A stretch of 64,000 bases of DNA from assembly GCA_036379875.1 (NCBI GenBank), contig DASVFV010000098.1, positions 19,828 through 83,827 on the forward strand. Direction: 5' to 3'. The stretch is from Burkholderiales bacterium. GTDB lineage: Bacteria; Pseudomonadota; Gammaproteobacteria; Burkholderiales; SG8-39. The notes beneath the pieces were generated by a model, which searched no databases, was not told the DNA's origin, and saw only the letters and a program-made list of their open reading frames with translations. Numbering within the stretch: position 1 is the stretch's first letter; each line of letters starts with the position of its first letter. Both the position numbers and the translations under genes were made by a program. Of this stretch, positions 54,149 through 64,000 are shown one piece after another.

Positions 54149-56835
54149 GAAGGCTTTTTTTCGCGTTCCTGCTGTGCTTCGCCGGCAGCGGCCTCGGCGC
54201 CGACCTGCCGAAGAAGGCCGTCTCGGTGGAAGGCATCACCGAGTGGCAGCTCGCCAACGGCCTGAAGCTCCTCACGCTGCCCGACCCGGGCGCCGATACG
54301 CTCACCGTGCACATCACCTACCTGGTGGGCTCGCGCCACGAGGGCTACGGCGAGAAGGGCATGGCGCACCTGCTCGAGCACCTGCTGTTCAAGGGCTCGA
54401 AGCGCCACCCGAACGTGAAGGAGGAGTTCACGCGGCGCGGCGCGCGCTGGAACGGTACGACTTCGAACGACCGCACCAACTACTTCGAGACCCTCGCCGC
54501 CACCGACGACAACCTGCAGTGGGCGATCGCCATGGAAGCCGACCGCATGGTGAACTCGTTCGTGTCCAAGGCGGATCTCGACAGCGAGATGACGGTGGTG
54601 CGCAACGAGTTCGAGCTGGGCGAGAACAACCCCGGCCAGGTGCTGTTCCAGCGCATGCAGCAGCTCGCCTACCCCTGGCACAACTACGGCAACCCGATCA
54701 TCGGCCAGCGCACCGACATCGAGCGCGTGCCGATCGACAAGCTGCAGGCCTTCTACAGGACCTGGTACCAGCCCGACAACGCGGTGCTGATCGTGGCCGG
54801 GCGCATCGACGAGACGCAGGTCGCCGCGCTGGTGCAGAAGCATTTCGGCGCGATCCCGCGGCCGAAGCGCGTGCTGCCCGCCTACTACACCGACGAGCCG
54901 ACGCAGGACGGCGAGCGGCGCGTGCGCCTGGAGCGCGTCGGCGACACCCAGATCGTCAGCACCCTGTATCGCGTGCCGGCGGGCAGCCATCCCGACTACC
55001 CGGCGATCGACGTGCTGACCAACATCCTCGGCGACGTGCCGGCCGGCCGCCTGCATCGCGCCCTCGTGCAGAAGGGGCTCGCCTCGCACGCCTGGGGCGC
55101 GGAGCGCGGCCTGCACGACCCGGGCTACGCGTTCTTCGGCGCCTCGCTCGGGCGCGAGCTCAAGCTCGAGGAGGCGCGCGCGCGCCTGATCGAGGTGGTC
55201 GAGGGCGTGAAGTCGGACAAGATCCGCCCCGAGGAAGTCGAGCGCGCGCGCACCGCGCTGCTCAACGACTTCGAGAAGGTGCAGCTCGACAGCGGCATGC
55301 TGGTGCGCTCGCTCTCCGAATTCATCGCGCTCGGCGACTGGCGGCTGTTCTTCCTCTACCGCGACCGGCTGCGCAAGGTGAGCGTCGAGGACGTGCAGCG
55401 CGTCGCGGAGCAGTACCTGAAGCCCGCCAACCGCGTGCTCGGCGAATTCGTGCCCACCGACCGCCCGGACCGCGCCGAGATCCCGCCCACGCCGGATCTG
55501 CAGCAGGCGCTGCAGGGCTACAAAGGCGGCGCGAGCGTGGCGCTCGGGGAAGCCTTCGATCCGTCACCGAAAAACATCGAATCCCGGGTGCAGCGGAAAA
55601 ATCTTTCAAACGGCATCCGGGCAGCCCTGCTGCCGAAGCAGACGCGCGGCGGGCGCGTGGTGGCGGACCTCACGCTGCACTGGGGCGACGAGAAGACCCT
55701 CACCAACCGCGAGACCGCGTGCAACTTCGCCGGCGCGATGCTGATGCGCGGCACGAAGCAGCGCTCGCGCGCCGAGCTGAAGGAAGCGCTCGAGAAGCTG
55801 AACGCCAGCGTCTCGGTGGGCGGCGACGGCGCGCACATCGAGGTGCGCGGCGAGAACCTGATTCCCGCGCTGCGCCTGGTGGCCGAGATGCTGCGCGAGC
55901 CGGCCTTCCCGCGCGGCGAGTTCGACGAGATGAAGCGCGCCGCGCTCACCGGCGCGGAGGCGCAGCGCAACGAGCCGGCCTCGCTCGCGAGCGTGCGCCT
56001 CGCACGCCACCTGCAGGAATACCCGAGCGGGCACCCGCATTACACGCCGACCGTCGACGAGCGCATCGCGCTGATGCGCGAGACCACGCTCGAGGACGCG
56101 ATGGCGTGCTACCGCGACCTGTTCGGCGCCAGCGGCGCGGAGTTCGTCGCGGTGGGCGACTTCGATGCCGGGGCGGTGGCGAGCGCGGTCGACGAGCTGT
56201 TCGGCACCTGGAAGACGCCCTACCCCTTCAAGCGCGTGCCGACCCACTACTTCGACAAGCCCGGCCTCGAGGACCTGCTCGTCACGCCGGACAAGGCGAA
56301 CGCCACGCTGCGCGCCGGCCTCAACGTGCGCATGCGCGACGACCACCCGGATTTCCCGGCGCTGGTGCTCGCCAACCACCTGCTCGGCGGCTCGTCCACG
56401 GCGCGCGTGCCGGCGCGCGTGCGCGAGAAGGAAGGCCTCTCCTACAGCACCTACACCAGCTTCACCTCGAGCGCGCTCGACGAGTCCGGCGCGTTCCGCC
56501 TGTCCTCCATCTTCGCTCCGCAGAACCGCGCGCGCGTCGAGCGCGCGATCCGCGAGGAGCTGGCGCGCGCGCTGCGCGACGGCTTCAGCGCCGAGGAAGT
56601 CGCCGCGGCCAAGCGCTCGGTGCTGGAGGCGCGGCGCCTCGCGCGCGCCCAGGACCGCGCGCTCGCCGGACGCCTGGGACACTACCTGTTCGTGAACCGC
56701 ACCTTCGCCTGGGACGTCGAGTTCGAGAAGAAGATCGCCTCGCTCACCGCGCAGCAGGTCAACGCCGCGCTGCGCCGGCACATCGACCCGTCGAAGCTCG
56801 CCGTGGTGGTCGCGGGCGACCTGAAGAAGCCCTGA
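54136..56835 (+). CDS. M16 (pitrilysin/insulinase) family zinc peptidase, two tandem M16 modules
   Basis: Start corrected to MADLRRLFFAFLL (ATG at 54136). It has a signal peptide and the HxxEH motif (HLLEHLLFKG). Confidence 0.9.
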   Translation: MADLRRLFFAFLLCFAGSGLGADLPKKAVSVEGITEWQLANGLKLLTLPDPGADTLTVHITYLVGSRHEGYGEKGMAHLLEHLLFKGSKRHPNVKEEFTRRGARWNGTTSNDRTNYFETLAATDDNLQWAIAMEADRMVNSFVSKADLDSEMTVVRNEFELGENNPGQVLFQRMQQLAYPWHNYGNPIIGQRTDIERVPIDKLQAFYRTWYQPDNAVLIVAGRIDETQVAALVQKHFGAIPRPKRVLPAYYTDEPTQDGERRVRLERVGDTQIVSTLYRVPAGSHPDYPAIDVLTNILGDVPAGRLHRALVQKGLASHAWGAERGLHDPGYAFFGASLGRELKLEEARARLIEVVEGVKSDKIRPEEVERARTALLNDFEKVQLDSGMLVRSLSEFIALGDWRLFFLYRDRLRKVSVEDVQRVAEQYLKPANRVLGEFVPTDRPDRAEIPPTPDLQQALQGYKGGASVALGEAFDPSPKNIESRVQRKNLSNGIRAALLPKQTRGGRVVADLTLHWGDEKTLTNRETACNFAGAMLMRGTKQRSRAELKEALEKLNASVSVGGDGAHIEVRGENLIPALRLVAEMLREPAFPRGEFDEMKRAALTGAEAQRNEPASLASVRLARHLQEYPSGHPHYTPTVDERIALMRETTLEDAMACYRDLFGASGAEFVAVGDFDAGAVASAVDELFGTWKTPYPFKRVPTHYFDKPGLEDLLVTPDKANATLRAGLNVRMRDDHPDFPALVLANHLLGGSSTARVPARVREKEGLSYSTYTSFTSSALDESGAFRLSSIFAPQNRARVERAIREELARALRDGFSAEEVAAAKRSVLEARRLARAQDRALAGRLGHYLFVNRTFAWDVEFEKKIASLTAQQVNAALRRHIDPSKLAVVVAGDLKKP

Positions 56836-57180
56836 CTAGGGGTTGGCTCGAAGCAGGTAGAAGGCGATCAACACCAGCATGACCAGCGAGACCGCCTGCA
56901 AGCTCACCGCGAGCAGGTAGGGCGGCGTGTCGAGCAGCTCCTGCGAGATGCTGTGCAGGCGGCGCAGCGTCGCGGCCGCGAGCAAGGCGACCAGGACGAG
57001 CTTCACTCCGCGCTCTTTCAGCCAGGCATTCGGGATCAGAGCGCCGAGCACCAGGGCAACCGCGGGCGTGACGCCGTAAGCGGCGAACAGCGGAGCGTCC
57101 AGGCTCGCCATCGTGTAGGCGTAGCCGAAGAATTCCACCAGCCCCCAGCCCAGCGCCGCGAGGCGCAGCGCCAGCGGCAA
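56836..57180 (-). CDS. Hypothetical membrane protein
   Basis: 114 aa with four hydrophobic segments. It directly follows mscL. Confidence 0.5.
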   Translation of the reverse strand: MPLALRLAALGWGLVEFFGYAYTMASLDAPLFAAYGVTPAVALVLGALIPNAWLKERGVKLVLVALLAAATLRRLHSISQELLDTPPYLLAVSLQAVSLVMLVLIAFYLLRANP

Positions 57181-57181
57181 G

Positions 57182-57549
57182 CTAGCCTTTTTTCTTCAGC
57201 AGGTCGCGGATCTCTTCCAGCAGCACTTCCTGGCGCGGCGGTGCGGCCGGCTTCTGTTCTTCTTTTTTCCTGAGATTGTTCAGAATCTTGATCGCGACGA
57301 AGATCGCCAGCGCGATGATCATGAAGTCGACGCAAGTCTGGATGAACTTGCCGTACAGGATCTTCGCGTCGCCGACCTGCCACATCAGGTCCTTGAAGTC
57401 GACGCGGCCGATCGCGCCGACCGCCGGCATCACGATGTCCTCGACCAGCGAGGCCACGATCTTGCCGAACGCGCCGCCGATGATCACCGCGACCGCCAGG
57501 TCGACGATGTTTCCCCTCATCGCGAATTCACGGAACTCCCTTATGAAGC

Positions 57550-57553
<4 letters not shown>
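57182..57553 (-). CDS. mscL: Large-conductance mechanosensitive channel
   Basis: [27 protein letters not shown]…MPAVG is the canonical MscL N-terminus. Confidence 0.9.
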
Positions 57554-58086
<533 letters not shown>

Positions 58087-58165
58087 CGCAAGGCATTTTA
58101 TCGCTTGCAAGGGGGCGTGCCCTCTTTCAGAATGCGCTCGGGGCAGGGTTTAGGGGATAGGGGAG

Positions 58166-58888
58166 ATGGCGGAGAAGAAGAAGGAAGGCCTGGATTTCCT
58201 GACGCGGCTGCGCATCCGCGAGCTGATCCTGATGGGGCTCATCCTGATCAGCGCGGTGACGGCCAACCTGCCGGAAGAGTACGTCGAGGAAACGCTCGGC
58301 CTGAACCGCGGCATGCTGGTCGCGTGCCTCGGCATCGCGGTGATCATCGGCCTGTTCCTGTACCTGAAGACCGGCCTGTTCATCGCGGTGGTGCTGCTGA
58401 TCGCGGGCGCCAACATGCCCGACCAGATCGCCGAAGGCCTGAACATCTCGAAGATCCCGATCGTGCTCGCGCTGGTCGCGCTGATCGGCGTGGGCGTGAT
58501 CAACTACTTCGTCAAGCTGATCCCCACCGGCCTGGAGCCCAAGCCCAAGGAAAAGAGCGCCGAAGGCATCCGCGCGCTGTTCTACGCCATCGAGAAGAAC
58601 AACCTGGTGTACGCGCAGAAGGTGCTGTCGATGAACTTCGACCCGAACCTGCACCACGACAACGGCTACACCCCGCTCGCCTACGCCGCGATGCGCGGCA
58701 GCCTGCCGATGATCGAGCTCCTCCTGAGCAACGGCGCCAACCCGCTGCAGACCACCAAGGACGGCGACAGCGCGGTCGAGCTCGCGCTGCGCTTCGGCCA
58801 CGCGGAGGTCGCCGACACGCTGAAGCAGGCGCGCCGCGCCGCCGCCGCGCCGGAACAAGCCCCCGCGACGGTTGCCGCCGGTAGTTAA
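58166..58888 (+). CDS. Membrane protein (about 4 TM) with C-terminal ankyrin repeats
   Basis: Repeat units [27 protein letters not shown] and [21 protein letters not shown]. Confidence 0.75.
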   Translation: MAEKKKEGLDFLTRLRIRELILMGLILISAVTANLPEEYVEETLGLNRGMLVACLGIAVIIGLFLYLKTGLFIAVVLLIAGANMPDQIAEGLNISKIPIVLALVALIGVGVINYFVKLIPTGLEPKPKEKSAEGIRALFYAIEKNNLVYAQKVLSMNFDPNLHHDNGYTPLAYAAMRGSLPMIELLLSNGANPLQTTKDGDSAVELALRFGHAEVADTLKQARRAAAAPEQAPATVAAGS

Positions 58889-58940
58889 AATCGCTTGTTT
58901 TTGAAGAGTTTCGCGCCGGCCCGGCCCCGTGCCGCGCCGG

Positions 58941-58959
58941 ACTGTATACTTTTACAGTA
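58941..58959. promoter_or_regulatory. LexA (SOS) box candidate
   Basis: ACTGTATACTTTTACAGTA fits CTGT-N8-ACAG and closely matches the E. coli-type consensus TACTGTATATATATACAGTA. It ends 1 nt before the nrdJ ATG. Confidence 0.6.
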
Positions 58960-61782
58960 ATGGAAATCCAGCTCCCCTCCCCGGTCTCCGAACAGGAGAT
59001 CAGCCGCGACACGCTGCTCGAGAAGTACGCCAAGGGCAGCGAGCAGACCGTCACCGAAGTGCGCCGCCGCGTGGCGCGCGCGCTCGCGCAGGTCGAGCGC
59101 GACAGCGAGCGCGCGCAGTGGGAGCGGCGCTTCCTGCAGGCCCAGGAAGACGGCTTCATCCCCGCGGGGCGCATCAATTCCGCGGCCGGGGTGCAGCTGC
59201 AGGCCACGCTCATCAACTGCTTCGTGCAGCCGGTGGGCGACTCGATCTCGGAGGTGGTGGACGGCCGGCCGGGCATCTACACCGCGCTGCAGGAAGCCGC
59301 CGAGACCATGCGCCGCGGCGGCGGCGTGGGCTACGACTTCTCCTCGATCCGCCCCAAGGGCGCCGAAGTGAAAGGCACGCAGTCGCGCGCGAGCGGCCCG
59401 CTCTCCTACATGCGCGTGTTCGACCGCTCGTGCGAGACCGTCGAATCCGCCGGCGCGCGCCGCGGCGCGCAGATGGGCGTGCTGCGCTGCGACCACCCGG
59501 ACATCGAAGACTTCATCCGCGCCAAGGACCACGGCGACCTCGCGAACTTCAACATCTCGGTCGGCGTGACCGATGAGTTCATGCGCGCGGTGGAGAACGA
59601 CTGCGAGGTCGAGCTGGTGCACAAGGCCAAGCCCTCGGGCAAGGAGGCGCGCCAGCGCGAGGACGGCCAATGGATCTACAGGACGGTTCGCGCGCGCGAG
59701 CTGTGGGACCGGATCATGCGCTCGACCTACGACCACGCCGAGCCCGGCATCCTGTTCCTCGATCGCATCAACATCGACAACAACCTGCGCTACTGCGAGA
59801 GCATCGAGGCGACCAATCCATGCGCCGAGCAGCCGCTGCCGCCCTACGGCTGCTGCTGCCTCGGGTCGGTCGATCTCACGCGCTTCGTGAAGGAGCCTTT
59901 TTCGGAAAAGGCTGCGTTCGATTTCGACCATTTCGGCAAGGTCGTGGCGGTGTCGATCCGCATGCTCGACAACGTGCTCGACGTGACCGCATGGCCGCTC
60001 GAGCAGCAGCGCCAGGAAGCCATGGCGAAGCGGCGCGTCGGGCTCGGCTTCACCGGCCTGGGCGACGCGCTCATCATGCTGCGCCTGCGCTACGACAGCG
60101 CCGAGGCGCGCGCCATGGCGGCGCGCATCTCGGAGGCGATGCGCGACCACGCCTACCGCGCATCCGCCGACCTCGCGAAGGAGCGCGGCGCGTTTCCCCT
60201 CTTCAACGCCGACCTTTATCTTTCCGGGACGAGCTTTGCCACTCGCCTGCCGGAAGGCTTGAAGGACCTGATCCGCAAGAACGGCTTGCGCAACTCCCAC
60301 CTTCTGTCGATCGCGCCCACCGGCACGATCAGCCTGGCGTTCGCCGACAACGCGTCGAACGGCATCGAGCCGCCGTTCTCGTGGACCTACACGCGGCGCA
60401 AGCGCGTCGACGACGGCTGGCAGGAATATTCGGTCGAAGATCACGCGTATCGCCGCTATCGCTCGATGGGCGGCGACATGAATGCGCTGCCGCCCTACTT
60501 CGTGACCGCACTGGAGCTTTCCGCGCGCGCACACCAGGAAATGGTCGCCGCGGTCGCGCCGTTCATCGACACCAGCATCTCGAAGACGGTGAACGTGCCG
60601 GAGGACTATCCGTACGGCGAGTTCCAGGACCTTTACTTCCTCGCGTGGAAGTCGGGCCTGAAGGGGCTCGCCACCTATCGACCGAACAAGGTTCTGGGTT
60701 CTGTCTTAAGCGTCAGCGCGCCCCAGGATTTCGCGCAGGACGACGTCAATCGCAGGATCTCGGTCAAGAGCGTGCCGGCACCCGTCCTCGCTTCCTTGCG
60801 CTGGCCCGGGCGCCCGGACCTGTCGGCGGGCAACCCGGCGTGGACCTACATGATCGAGCACCCGCAGTACCGCTTCGCGGTATTCGTGGGCCACGTGGAG
60901 AACGGGCGCGCGCACCCGTTCGAGGTCTGGGTGAACGGCAGCGAGCAGCCGCGCGGCCTGGGCGCGCTCGCCAAGACGCTGTCCATGGACATGCGCGCCG
61001 ACGACCGCGAGTGGCTGAAGCTCAAGCTCGACACGCTGGCGAAGAGCGGCGGCGACGAGCCCTTCGAGATGCCGTTCCCGCCCAAGGGCGAGAAGAAGCT
61101 CATGCCTTCGGTGGTTTCCGCGTTCGCGCAGATCGTGCGTTGGCGTGTCGAGCAGCTTCAATCGGGTTTGGAACAAGATTTCTCTCTCTCCAGCGAGCAG
61201 GCGTCATCTCCGGTCCTCGACGCGATGTTCGCGCTCAAGGAGCCGAAGACCGGCACCGACGGGACGATGTCGTGGACGGTGGACGTGCTCAACCCGCGCA
61301 CCGGCGACGACTTCGTGCTCGGGCTGAAAGAGATCACCCTGCCCGACGGGATCACGCGGCCCTACTCGGTATGGCTGTCGGGCGAGTACCCGCGCACGCT
61401 CGACGGGCTGTGCAAGATCCTGTCTTTGGACATGCGCGTGCTCGATCCGGCCTGGGTCGGCATGAAGCTGAAGAAGCTGCTGGAATTCCCCGAGCCGCTC
61501 GGCGACTTCATGGCGTTCGTGCCGGGCAGCCGCAAGCAGCAGACCTTCCCTTCGACGGTGTCGTACCTCGCGCGGCTCATCCTGCACCGCTACGCGATGC
61601 TCGGCATCCTCGACGACGTGGGCGGCGCCAGGCAGTCGATGGGCATCCTCGAGAAACCCGCCGAGAAGTCCAACCCGGTCATGGCCGGCGCCAAGTGCCC
61701 GGACTGCGGGAACAAGACGCTGATCCGCAAGGACGGCTGCGACTACTGCACGGCGTGCGGGTATGTGGGGGTCTGTGGTTAG
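58960..61782 (+). CDS. nrdJ: Adenosylcobalamin-dependent (class II) ribonucleotide reductase
   Basis: 940 aa. [18 protein letters not shown] active-site block and a C-terminal Cys-rich ribbon (CPDCGNK…CDYCTACG). Confidence 0.9.
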   Translation: MEIQLPSPVSEQEISRDTLLEKYAKGSEQTVTEVRRRVARALAQVERDSERAQWERRFLQAQEDGFIPAGRINSAAGVQLQATLINCFVQPVGDSISEVVDGRPGIYTALQEAAETMRRGGGVGYDFSSIRPKGAEVKGTQSRASGPLSYMRVFDRSCETVESAGARRGAQMGVLRCDHPDIEDFIRAKDHGDLANFNISVGVTDEFMRAVENDCEVELVHKAKPSGKEARQREDGQWIYRTVRARELWDRIMRSTYDHAEPGILFLDRINIDNNLRYCESIEATNPCAEQPLPPYGCCCLGSVDLTRFVKEPFSEKAAFDFDHFGKVVAVSIRMLDNVLDVTAWPLEQQRQEAMAKRRVGLGFTGLGDALIMLRLRYDSAEARAMAARISEAMRDHAYRASADLAKERGAFPLFNADLYLSGTSFATRLPEGLKDLIRKNGLRNSHLLSIAPTGTISLAFADNASNGIEPPFSWTYTRRKRVDDGWQEYSVEDHAYRRYRSMGGDMNALPPYFVTALELSARAHQEMVAAVAPFIDTSISKTVNVPEDYPYGEFQDLYFLAWKSGLKGLATYRPNKVLGSVLSVSAPQDFAQDDVNRRISVKSVPAPVLASLRWPGRPDLSAGNPAWTYMIEHPQYRFAVFVGHVENGRAHPFEVWVNGSEQPRGLGALAKTLSMDMRADDREWLKLKLDTLAKSGGDEPFEMPFPPKGEKKLMPSVVSAFAQIVRWRVEQLQSGLEQDFSLSSEQASSPVLDAMFALKEPKTGTDGTMSWTVDVLNPRTGDDFVLGLKEITLPDGITRPYSVWLSGEYPRTLDGLCKILSLDMRVLDPAWVGMKLKKLLEFPEPLGDFMAFVPGSRKQQTFPSTVSYLARLILHRYAMLGILDDVGGARQSMGILEKPAEKSNPVMAGAKCPDCGNKTLIRKDGCDYCTACGYVGVCG

Positions 61783-62443
61783 GCGCGCCGCATTCATGGC
61801 CGCCGCGCTCGCGCTCGCCGCGGCGGCGCTCGCGCAGGAGCTGCCCAAGCCTTCCGCGCTCACGCAGAAAGAGCTGGACGCGAAGCAGATCAGCTACAAC
61901 GACTGGCTGTTCTTCCACGGCATCCGGTCGGGCAATCTGGACTGGGTCAACGCGGCATTCAAGGCCGGCGCCGACATCCACAAATCGCGCAACCCGATCG
62001 GCGAGCTGCCGCCGCTCATGGTGGCGGTCTCGACCCCGGCGGCGAAGCGGGAAATCGTCGAGCTGCTGATCCAGCGCGGCGCCGACGTGAACCAGCGCTG
62101 GACGCCGCGATCAGGCGGCCAGGGCGGCGGCTTCTTCCCGCTCTACCAGGCGGCGCGCAACAGCAACTCCGAGATCGTCGAGCTGCTGATCCAGCGCGGC
62201 GCGGACGTAAAGGCGCGTACCGCCAACGGAAATACCGCGCTCCACAACACTTTCGACGCCGACATCGGGCGCGTGCTGCTGCGCCACGGCGCCGAGGTCA
62301 ACGCGCGCAACAAGATGGGCCAGTCGCCCCTTGGGGTCGCCAAGCGGGCGATCTCGATGCTCGACCGGGAGCCCAACCCGGAGCTGCGCCCCAAGGTCGT
62401 CGCTTATCAGGCATTCCTGCGCTCGCAGGGCGCCGTCGAATAA
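61763..62443 (+). CDS. Secreted ankyrin-repeat protein
   Basis: Signal peptide (…AAAALA/QE) and repeated [13 protein letters not shown] units. Start is ATG 61763 or GTG 61775, both overlapping the nrdJ 3' end. Confidence 0.75.
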   Translation: MWGSVVRRAAFMAAALALAAAALAQELPKPSALTQKELDAKQISYNDWLFFHGIRSGNLDWVNAAFKAGADIHKSRNPIGELPPLMVAVSTPAAKREIVELLIQRGADVNQRWTPRSGGQGGGFFPLYQAARNSNSEIVELLIQRGADVKARTANGNTALHNTFDADIGRVLLRHGAEVNARNKMGQSPLGVAKRAISMLDREPNPELRPKVVAYQAFLRSQGAVE

Positions 62444-62488
62444 ATATTTACGCCACCTTTGGTGGCGCATCGGGGAAAATTCGCCGCA

Positions 62489-63262
62489 ATGCCGCTGGTC
62501 TACTCGCTAACCGAGCTCGGTCAGGACACCCTGACTACCGACTCCGTCAAGTCCAACCTGCCGCAGGACTACCGCCGCCTGCTCGCCATGATCGAGGTCG
62601 GCGGGCACATCGAGGTGCTGCGCGGCCGGCTGCGCCGCTTCCCCGACCGCCTGATCGACGAGTGGCTGCAGGAGCTGCAGCAGCTCAAGATGATCGATGC
62701 GCACGAGGCGGGCGACCTCGACGCCATCACCTTCACCGGCGCGCGCCTGCCGCTGCAGCCGCCGCTCACCGACGACGACCGCAAGCGCCTCGCCAAGGCC
62801 ACCGTGGTCGGCGGCGCCACGCTGCTGCGCTCGGGCTCGTTCCTCGCCGCCGACCGGGTCGCCAACCTGCCGCGGCTGGGCAAGCCGCCCTCCGACACCG
62901 TGATCCTGCTGGTCGAGGACGACCCCGACCAGGCCGCGCTCGGCGAGCTGCGCATCCAGATGGCGGGCTACCAGGTGCGCACCGTCGATCGCGCCAAGGC
63001 GCTTTCGCGCTACCTGCGCGAGGAAGCGCGCCCCGACCTGCTGCTGCTCGACGTGATGCTGCCCGACGGCAACGGCTTCGACATCCTCGCCCAGCTGCGC
63101 GGCCGGCCGGAGTTCTCCACCCTGCCGATCGTCATGCTGACCGTGAAGGCGGAGCTCGTGCACATCCGCAACGGCCTCGCGCTCGGCGCCGACGGCTACA
63201 TCACCAAGCCCTACAGCAAGACCCAGCTGGCCGAGGTAATCGGCCACGTGCTGAAGAATTAG
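62489..63262 (+). CDS. Response regulator with a C-terminal REC domain and an uncharacterised N-terminal domain
   Basis: Start chosen at ATG 62489 (MPLVYSL). REC motifs are ILLVEDD, LLLLDVMLPDGNG and ADGYITKP. Confidence 0.8.
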   Translation: MPLVYSLTELGQDTLTTDSVKSNLPQDYRRLLAMIEVGGHIEVLRGRLRRFPDRLIDEWLQELQQLKMIDAHEAGDLDAITFTGARLPLQPPLTDDDRKRLAKATVVGGATLLRSGSFLAADRVANLPRLGKPPSDTVILLVEDDPDQAALGELRIQMAGYQVRTVDRAKALSRYLREEARPDLLLLDVMLPDGNGFDILAQLRGRPEFSTLPIVMLTVKAELVHIRNGLALGADGYITKPYSKTQLAEVIGHVLKN

Positions 63263-63951
63263 GGTAGATCGAAGAGCAGGACTTCGGCGCCCGCGCCGTT
63301 TTCCAGCTCGAGCACGGCGTCCTCGGTCTTCAGCGCGTCGCCCGCCGCCAGCTCGTGGCCGTTCACGGTGATGCGGCCGCGCGCCACGTGCACGTAAGCG
63401 CGCTCGTTCTTCAGGTCGTAGCTCGCGTTCTCCCGGCCGTCGAACAGCCCCGCGTACACCAGCGCGTCCTGGTGGATCTTCACCGAGCCGTCGCGCCCGT
63501 CGGGCGAGGCGATCAAACGCAGGCGGCCGCGCTTGTCCTCGGGCCTGAAGTGCTTCTGCTCGTAGGACGGCGCGATGCCCGCCACCTTCGGCTCGATCCA
63601 GATCTGCAGGAAGTGCGTGACGCCGGCCTTCTCATGGTTGAACTCGCTGTGCCGCACGCCGCTGCCCGCCGACATGCGCTGCACGTCCCCCGGCACGATG
63701 GTCGAGCCGTTGCCCATCGAGTCCTGGTGTCCGAGCGAGCCTTCCAGCACGTAGCTGATGATCTCCATGTCGCGGTGGCCGTGCGTGCCGAAGCCCTTGC
63801 CGGGCTGCACGCGGTCCTCGTTGATGACGCGCAGTGGGCCGAAGCCCATGTGGCGCGGATCGTAGTAATCGGCGAACGAGAAGCTGTGGTACGAGTCGAG
63901 CCAGCCGTGGTCGGCGTGGCCGCGCTCGGCGGAGCGGCGCAATTCGGTCAT
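63259..63951 (-). CDS. Pirin family protein
   Basis: HADHGWLDSYHSFSFADYYDP and GFGTHGHRDMEIISYVLEG are canonical pirin blocks. Confidence 0.9.
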   Translation of the reverse strand: MTELRRSAERGHADHGWLDSYHSFSFADYYDPRHMGFGPLRVINEDRVQPGKGFGTHGHRDMEIISYVLEGSLGHQDSMGNGSTIVPGDVQRMSAGSGVRHSEFNHEKAGVTHFLQIWIEPKVAGIAPSYEQKHFRPEDKRGRLRLIASPDGRDGSVKIHQDALVYAGLFDGRENASYDLKNERAYVHVARGRITVNGHELAAGDALKTEDAVLELENGAGAEVLLFDLP

Positions 63952-64000
63952 GGCATGTTTCTCGCTGGAGGGTTTGCTTCCATATGGAGGCAGACCATGG

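Noticed and set aside
58889-58959. B12 riboswitch or NrdR box upstream of nrdJ, and a B12/SAM riboswitch upstream of the MetE-like gene (4443-4480).
   Set aside because: The intergenic regions are only 71 and 38 nt, too short for these riboswitches. No ACACTATATATAGTGT-like NrdR palindrome is present.
62451-62467. Hairpin CGCCACC-TTT-GGTGGCG after the secreted ankyrin gene, considered as a terminator.
   Set aside because: No U-tract follows on the plus strand. It may still attenuate transcription, but the evidence is too weak to list it as a feature.

Overview
The window is a GC-rich stretch (about two-thirds G+C by eye, not computed) of ordinary proteobacterial chromosome. A Bug/TctC-type binding protein and the overall gene content suggest a betaproteobacterium (Burkholderiales-like). 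I support about 75 protein genes. I found no rRNA, tRNA, CRISPR array, transposase, integrase or prophage genes. Many long Arg/Ala-rich ORFs in the track are antisense shadows of real genes, and several track ORFs are artificial N-terminal extensions, so I give corrected starts.

Gene content, left to right:
- A Ku 3' end, an oxidoreductase, and a BON/DUF4383 stress module.
- A MetE-like gene and a five-gene Liv-type ABC transporter.
- A minus-strand string: amidohydrolase, methyltransferase, GNAT-membrane fusion, and a Q/N-rich secreted protein.
- An exopolysaccharide-like neighbourhood (14.8-25.3 kb).
- A small catabolic patch: a LigJ-like hydratase, a PanB-like protein, an alpha/beta hydrolase with Cys at the nucleophile position, DUF1080, a Zn-ADH and a Bug protein.
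- A ten-gene plus-strand array (31.4-40.4 kb).
- An orphan GspE-type ATPase co-oriented with a PAS-GGDEF-EAL protein.
- A run of small envelope/stress genes (46.5-53.2 kb).
- AzlCD, an M16 peptidase, mscL and greB.
- nrdJ flanked by two ankyrin-repeat genes, then a response regulator and a pirin.

Most notable observations:
1. Two perfect sigma-54 promoters (TGGCAC-N5-TTGC) head two minus-strand operons. These operons flank an EpsL-like outer-membrane gene and contain their own sensor kinase and sigma-54 activator. They also contain a degenerate BY-kinase-like protein, an acetyltransferase fusion, an orphan MlaC, an EF-hand protein and a kinase-fold protein.
2. The ten-gene array is joined almost entirely by ATGA/GTGA stop-start overlaps. 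It mixes cupins, RidA, two methyltransferases, a 1106-aa DUF748 protein, a leaderless SBP-fold protein, a glutaredoxin-DinB fusion, a DUF360 membrane protein and an App1-like phosphatase. I know of no described pathway with this composition.
3. A near-consensus LexA box abuts the nrdJ start codon.
4. A three-copy composite palindromic repeat family is present.

All functional calls come from motif recognition by eye and need HMM/BLAST confirmation.
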